A DNA stretch of 64,000 nucleotides from Octopus sinensis. Taxonomy: Eukaryota. Under the pieces are notes generated by a model. It had not been told where the DNA came from and made no database searches. It saw only the letters and a list, made by a program, of their open reading frames with translations. Position 1 is the first letter of the stretch, and each line of letters starts with the position of its first letter. A program made the position numbers and the translations under genes. This document shows, one piece after another, positions 59,051 through 64,000 of the stretch. The stretch is taken from assembly GCF_006345805.1 (NCBI RefSeq), contig NW_021831286.1, positions 310,001 to 374,000 on the forward strand. Direction: 5' to 3'.

Positions 59051-60559
59051 CATATAATAGTTCTACATTAACATCATGGAGTCCTGGTGCTTTTAAGTTT
59101 TTTAGTCTAGTCAAAGTATTTATAACGTCCGATTAAGTTATTTCTTATAGGTTTCTTGGGATTTCATCGAATGGATAAAGGGTTTTTTCTAAAAAATTAA
59201 AATATTTTTCGAAGTGATTAGCTATGATGTCTATGCGTTCCTAGTTTTTGTAAATGGTTCTTCCGAATTCAAGTTGTACTCCATAAGCCAGTTTCAATGT
59301 GAAACGTCTTGTTTTTCCAACTGTTCGACAAGGTAGTCACTCTTCCATGGTATATTAATAGACGTGTAGCTTTCAAATTCCACTTTCATTGCTTCCTTTA
59401 TGACCAAGATGTTAGACATTCCGAACAGTTCGTTTCTTAACGATTTCCTTCGGAATTTTTCCCCCCACATGTTCCTCATTCAAAACTTTTATATCAGGTG
59501 CATTCCTCTTGGGAAATTGATTATTAGAAATGTCCTCAGAAACTTTCCCATTGACAATTATGCTCCAGCCATCAGATGGTGTCACAGAGGTTCCCGAAAT
59601 AATTTTTGATTGTCGCATTACTCCGATTTTTCTCTCCTATGACTGTTTAGCGACTGAGCAGCCTCGCCAATTGGCTCTGCGTCGACAGGCCACAATTGAT
59701 ACACGAAAGTTTAATGGACAATTATCTGATTTATGCACACCCCCACATAGGAAGCAGCGCAGAGATTCCTTGCAGAAAGATGCAATGTGACCGAAATTCT
59801 GACAGCGAAAACATCACACTTGAGGTCGTTTAAACCATTCAAATCTCAGTGGAGTTAAACCAATGACTTTGTCAGTGACGAGAGCTTTTCGAGATCCCAG
59901 TCTCGAATTCAATATTTCGTATTATGAGTTCGGACTTGACAGGGGTAGCCATCTCAATCGAATGGCCACGCATTCCTAAAGGATGATTCTGGTTCCAGTC
60001 GATCTGAACCACAAACTATATTAGCAACTTGGATAGCATTCAACGACGTGTTGGTTGTTTTCAACAAAACTCTAAGGTTTTCCGATGTCACAGGTGGATT
60101 TCCATTGTTTTTACACAAATTGATTTGCTCTATTAAATGTTAATGGCAATTTTCACGCGTTTTTTACGTTTGCTGATCTGAATATTATATAAGAATCGAA
60201 ACTTGTTGGAAACTCTCCAATTCCCGTATTCCAGGGATATAATTACATACGAGCTGATCGTACGAGAAAAAAAGAGGTGGGCTCATCACCTTGTATAAAA
60301 AAAACTTCAAATGCACCGACATCTCCATGAAGGCAAAAAGATTACTGGGAAGAGTGATACTACAGAACTTATTGCAATCTCTTTGAAAACATAGAACGGA
60401 AAAATCTTTTTCTGGACAATTACACTTCTCTGGACAAAATAATTGCTTACGTCAACCTGCTCCAAAAATCACAAAATCACCGTTAACCGCCTATCAACTT
60501 GCCCAGTGACCTCTCTTTCCACCTCAGACAAAAGACTTGGGAAGAAGTCACTGGTTCTT

Positions 60560-61063
60560 ACCCTGGACAACAACGAAATTCCGTTTTGCCGGACTTAGAA
60601 AATTTTAGGAGTTACATTCAATGCACACATGTTCTTCTCTCCACACGTGGACAACGTCTTAACAAAATGCGAAAGGAAGACCAACGTATTAAAGTGTCTC
60701 TCTGGACTTTGTAAGTTTGGAAAGCACCTAGTACTTGGATACAACCAGCACATCGTGCTTTGTTTCTCGTATGCATGCACGGTATGGGGAAAATCCATTT
60801 CCTTGTCCAATAAACGGAAGATTAAGGCGAACATGAAAAGAGCTCTAGCACTCACGGAGCGTTGGACAAAAGGCAAGCTTTTGACTCCAATGAGCATGGA
60901 AGACCTCTTAATGCTATATGGACGATCAGATGATGAAATAAAGACAAGGCCCACACTACGCGCTTTCGCAGGTACTGATGAGGAAAAACAAACCAAAATG
61001 AGGAGTCTCTTTGTGCGTATCAAGATCAAAAAACGTTTCTTGTTCTGTTTTTCGTGTTCCTAA
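60560..61063 (+). mobile_element. LINE RT thumb fragment, same family as 27617-28111
   Basis: FSPHVDNVLTKC...FSYACTVWG. Confidence 0.7.
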
Positions 61064-62208
61064 AGGGAAATTGTTATGTTATGCCACTAAAGGTACAAAA
61101 GGAAAGAACATTGCCTTGTGGTTGTTTTTCTTGATTGTGGTGGTTCATTGTTCCCAGTAAAATCTTCTTATTTACCTGCTCCTTTTTCCTTTTCCTGTTT
61201 TTTTAGTTCTATTTTTCTCTATTTTGGTTAATATAATTTCCGTCTTTTTCTGCCTACTTTATTTTTTTCAGTCTCGATGCAATGTTTCCTGTTATTCTAA
61301 TTGTCGCAATATGCTATATGTTTTGGTTACGAATTTTATTTTCTTTTGCAATGGTCGGAATTATAACTTCTCGAAATCCTTTTTACACACTCTGTCGTTT
61401 TTTCAAATCAGCCAGGACCATCGTTGCTAGGTCTCGCTGTCCTATCTTTTGACTTGGGGGTTGATTGGTGCAATCTTTTCTTATTTACTTCGCATTCCCC
61501 TATTTTTTAAAGGCGAATTGGTTTCAGGAATATTATGGGTCTTGATCACGGAGACTAAATTATTGACTTTTCGTACATTACTAATGATTATGTGTCACAG
61601 TCGATATGGTCGGGGAGCTAGATCGGCAGCGTTTAAAATTTTAAATACAAATTACCTTTCTGAAGTTATTTTCTTTTTCTGTTCATTACTTTGTTGATTT
61701 TAGTATTATTTTTGCCAAAATTTAGAAGTTACTGAGTTTATTAAAAACCAACATCAAGTCAATGCCAGATTAGAACTTCATCGCTTCAGAATTTGTTTGA
61801 TTTTTATTTCGTTTCCCCAAATCAATGCCGAACAAAAGGTAAACAAGCTTTAGTTTTGTAGTTTCGCGGCCGGATTTATTGTAGTCTCTTGCTATTTTTT
61901 AACGCATGTTTTATAGCATCCAAAATTTTCATTCAATGCAACCGAAATCAATCAATCTTGATGACCTGAGATATTTTAAATCCGGATGATGTCAGAATCA
62001 TCATAAACAAAAAATCTTAGTTCAAAAAACATGACCGCAAGCATTTAAATACTTAATCTTTTTTCCTCTTGCCTCATAGACTTAGGTCGTTATTGTGCAT
62101 AAATTCAAAATCAATTAAACATTTCTTCTGCGGACTGATTTAAATTTTGTGCTAAGATTTACACATAAATTGCAGGCTTCATAATCCTATGAATAAAAAC
62201 GACCCTGT

Positions 62209-62754
62209 CTACTCCTTTAGACAAAATACAGCCACACTTCCACCCCTAAATTTAACCGCGGGTATAATGTTCTCCGAATGATGTCTTTCACCGTGAAAAT
62301 ATCTAACACTATTTCTTTTATTTGATGAAAATAACTTGAATTTTGTTTCATCAGAGAACATAATTTTTCTCAGATCTTCAGATGAGATCTCTAAATAATT
62401 TTCAGCAAATAATTTTCTTTTTAACACGTTTACTTGTCTTAATAACAGTTCTTTACACAGTTTACGAATTTCTAGTTTGAGAGAATGTAAGGCGTTGTTT
62501 ATTGTTGATCGAAAAAGTCGTACATTGTGCTCAGATTCAAAACAATTTTTAATTTCTTGTAAAGTAAAAAAATGATTTTTATCATATTGTGTCAATATTG
62601 GGATTTTAATCGTCAGAGTAAGCTTTTCTGGACGACCGTTTATCGTTTTATTGTTTTTTATTGATAGAAGTGGCCAAAATTTGTGACCGCTAATTGACTC
62701 TAGTCTTTCATATGACTGTAAATCGGTAAGTAGATGTTTATAAAAACGTTTCAT
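62209..62754 (-). mobile_element. Tc1 transposase fragment
   Basis: GRPEKL...MFSDETKF...AVKFRGGSV. Confidence 0.75.
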
Positions 62755-63229
62755 AGGATATAGTTGATCTGGTAGTGTATTTTTTGTTAATAGAGTTTAT
62801 ATTAGAAATAAAAAAATAATATTTAATTAATTTATTTTTCTTCAATTTATATTAATTAATATTTCTAAAATATTAAATTAAATGTTTGTCACGTTATGCT
62901 AAGTTGGCTTATTTTTATTTTTAGATAAACCAGCCAGCCACTAATTTTGTAATTACTGGTCGTGGGTTTATCTTAAATTTTGATGTATGAAATTTCGATC
63001 AATTCATACTACATTGTTTAAACTATTTAAATATACCGTTTGACTGGATTAAATATTTCCAGTGGTGGGAATGTTTGAAACTAACAGAGCTGTATTTAAT
63101 TATTTTATTACTCTTAAAGAGTATTTTTCTTGCATGAGTTATTCACTGTCTTTTAGGCAATCAGAGCTATCACTTGCTGTTTGTAGTAATTCTTGTGGCA
63201 TGCGGAGAATACGAGGTCTGGGAATACTC

Positions 63230-63725
63230 CTCTGCCTGTTGTGCTTGGTTTTCACCTGGCCTTAATTTCCCCGCGATTCCTTCAGTCCAAAGGGACTGGG
63301 ACGAAATTTGTGAAAATACGAAAACTAACACCCTCAAGCAATCAAATCTGCTCGCATTGTTTCCCTAATGACGTGCTAGTTTTTCTAGCCTTATTTACGT
63401 AGAGTAACAGTGGCGGAGTGGATGGCCTAAAACCCAAATGACCTTGTCACTCCCATGGCAGGATAATCTGGTGACGTCTCTTGAAATCAATCGCATTCTT
63501 GTGCAGCAGAATTATTTCTGGCAACATGCCATATTTTGCACTCGATTTACTGTCTCGGCAAGCTTAACAGTTCTAAATAAGAGCGACGGGAGAATCAGGG
63601 CCATCGCTGTGTGTAACACATTCAGGAGGCTTGCTGCGAAAATCATTCTTAGCGATCTGAGCTCTCTCTCGGTTGCTGCCACTGGCCGGCGCTCTATCCG
63701 ATTGTTCATACAGCGATACAAATAA
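63230..63725 (+). mobile_element. CRE-like retrotransposon RT-start relic
   Basis: SGGVDGLKP and LNKSDGRIRAIAVCNTFRRLAAK motifs, with stop codons. Confidence 0.7.
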
Positions 63726-64000
63726 AAAACGGAACAGCCAATTTCTCAATTTCTTTCTATATAATGCTTAATTCCTTTTAATAAAAAATCGAATTTCAAG
63801 CTATAATCTTAACTTTTGCCTTTTATAAAAATCCAAACGTCAAAGATTATAATATGTATTTAAACCAAATTTTTTTTAGACAAAATAAAAAAGAGAACAA
63901 TGGTAGTTCAAAATTTAGTATGACCCCCCTAAGCATTAATTGCGTCTAAAATTCTGTTCCGCATTGCTTCAACAAGGGATGTCGCATATTCTATTGAAAG

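Noticed and set aside
59290-59790. Overlapping short ORFs on both strands
   Set aside because: No micro-intron-consistent gene model or clear domain; probably retroelement debris.
61060-61950. Hydrophobic plus-strand ORFs as a membrane protein
   Set aside because: The hydrophobicity follows from T-richness (antisense of an A-rich relic); no coherent spliced frame was found.
1-64000. Alternative genetic code or stop read-through to explain the fragmented ORFs
   Set aside because: In the genes traced, internal stops fall inside GT(GC)-AG micro-introns, and TAA, TAG and TGA are all used as true terminators.
1-64000. Prokaryotic or phage origin; rRNA, tRNA or CRISPR features
   Set aside because: Spliceosomal introns and animal-type genes occur throughout. 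No cloverleaf, rRNA motif or repeat-spacer array was found by eye.

Overview
AT-rich eukaryotic (animal-type) genomic DNA. Nearly all spliceosomal introns are extremely short (mostly 22-31 nt by manual count), so the supplied ORF track only shows fragments or intron read-throughs. Micro-introns, a motile-cilium gene (AK9), complex I and mitoribosome genes, an SLC6 transporter and an Ig protein fit a compact ciliated invertebrate such as a dicyemid mesozoan. That taxon call is inference, not a database result. Manually spliced host genes: guanylate cyclase 3' end, PRCC, DPH3, MRPL50, MAPKBP1/WDR62, NDUFB4, two inverted paralogous cathepsin-L-like 26/29-kDa proteases, an annexin, a double-RhoGAP protein, KDM1A/LSD1, AK9, PPM1G, a DRAM/TMEM150 protein, an SLC6 amino-acid transporter and a 5-Ig type-I membrane protein. 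Gene-dense islands alternate with blocks of decayed transposons (hAT, Merlin, Tc1/IS630, Ginger-like integrases, CRE-like, R4/Dong-like and jockey/I-like LINEs). Best leads: (1) transposase and integrase genes from three families carry host-sized 25-30 nt introns, one present in a hAT element but absent from its adjacent sister; (2) two hATs stacked at one 8-bp target that overlaps a micro-intron acceptor; (3) a TG...CA MITE carrying a telomere-like array; (4) inverted cathepsin paralogues with strongly clustered non-synonymous divergence; (5) a GC-rich ~105-nt hairpin upstream of AK9. No rRNA, tRNA or CRISPR was seen. All coordinates and counts were done by hand.
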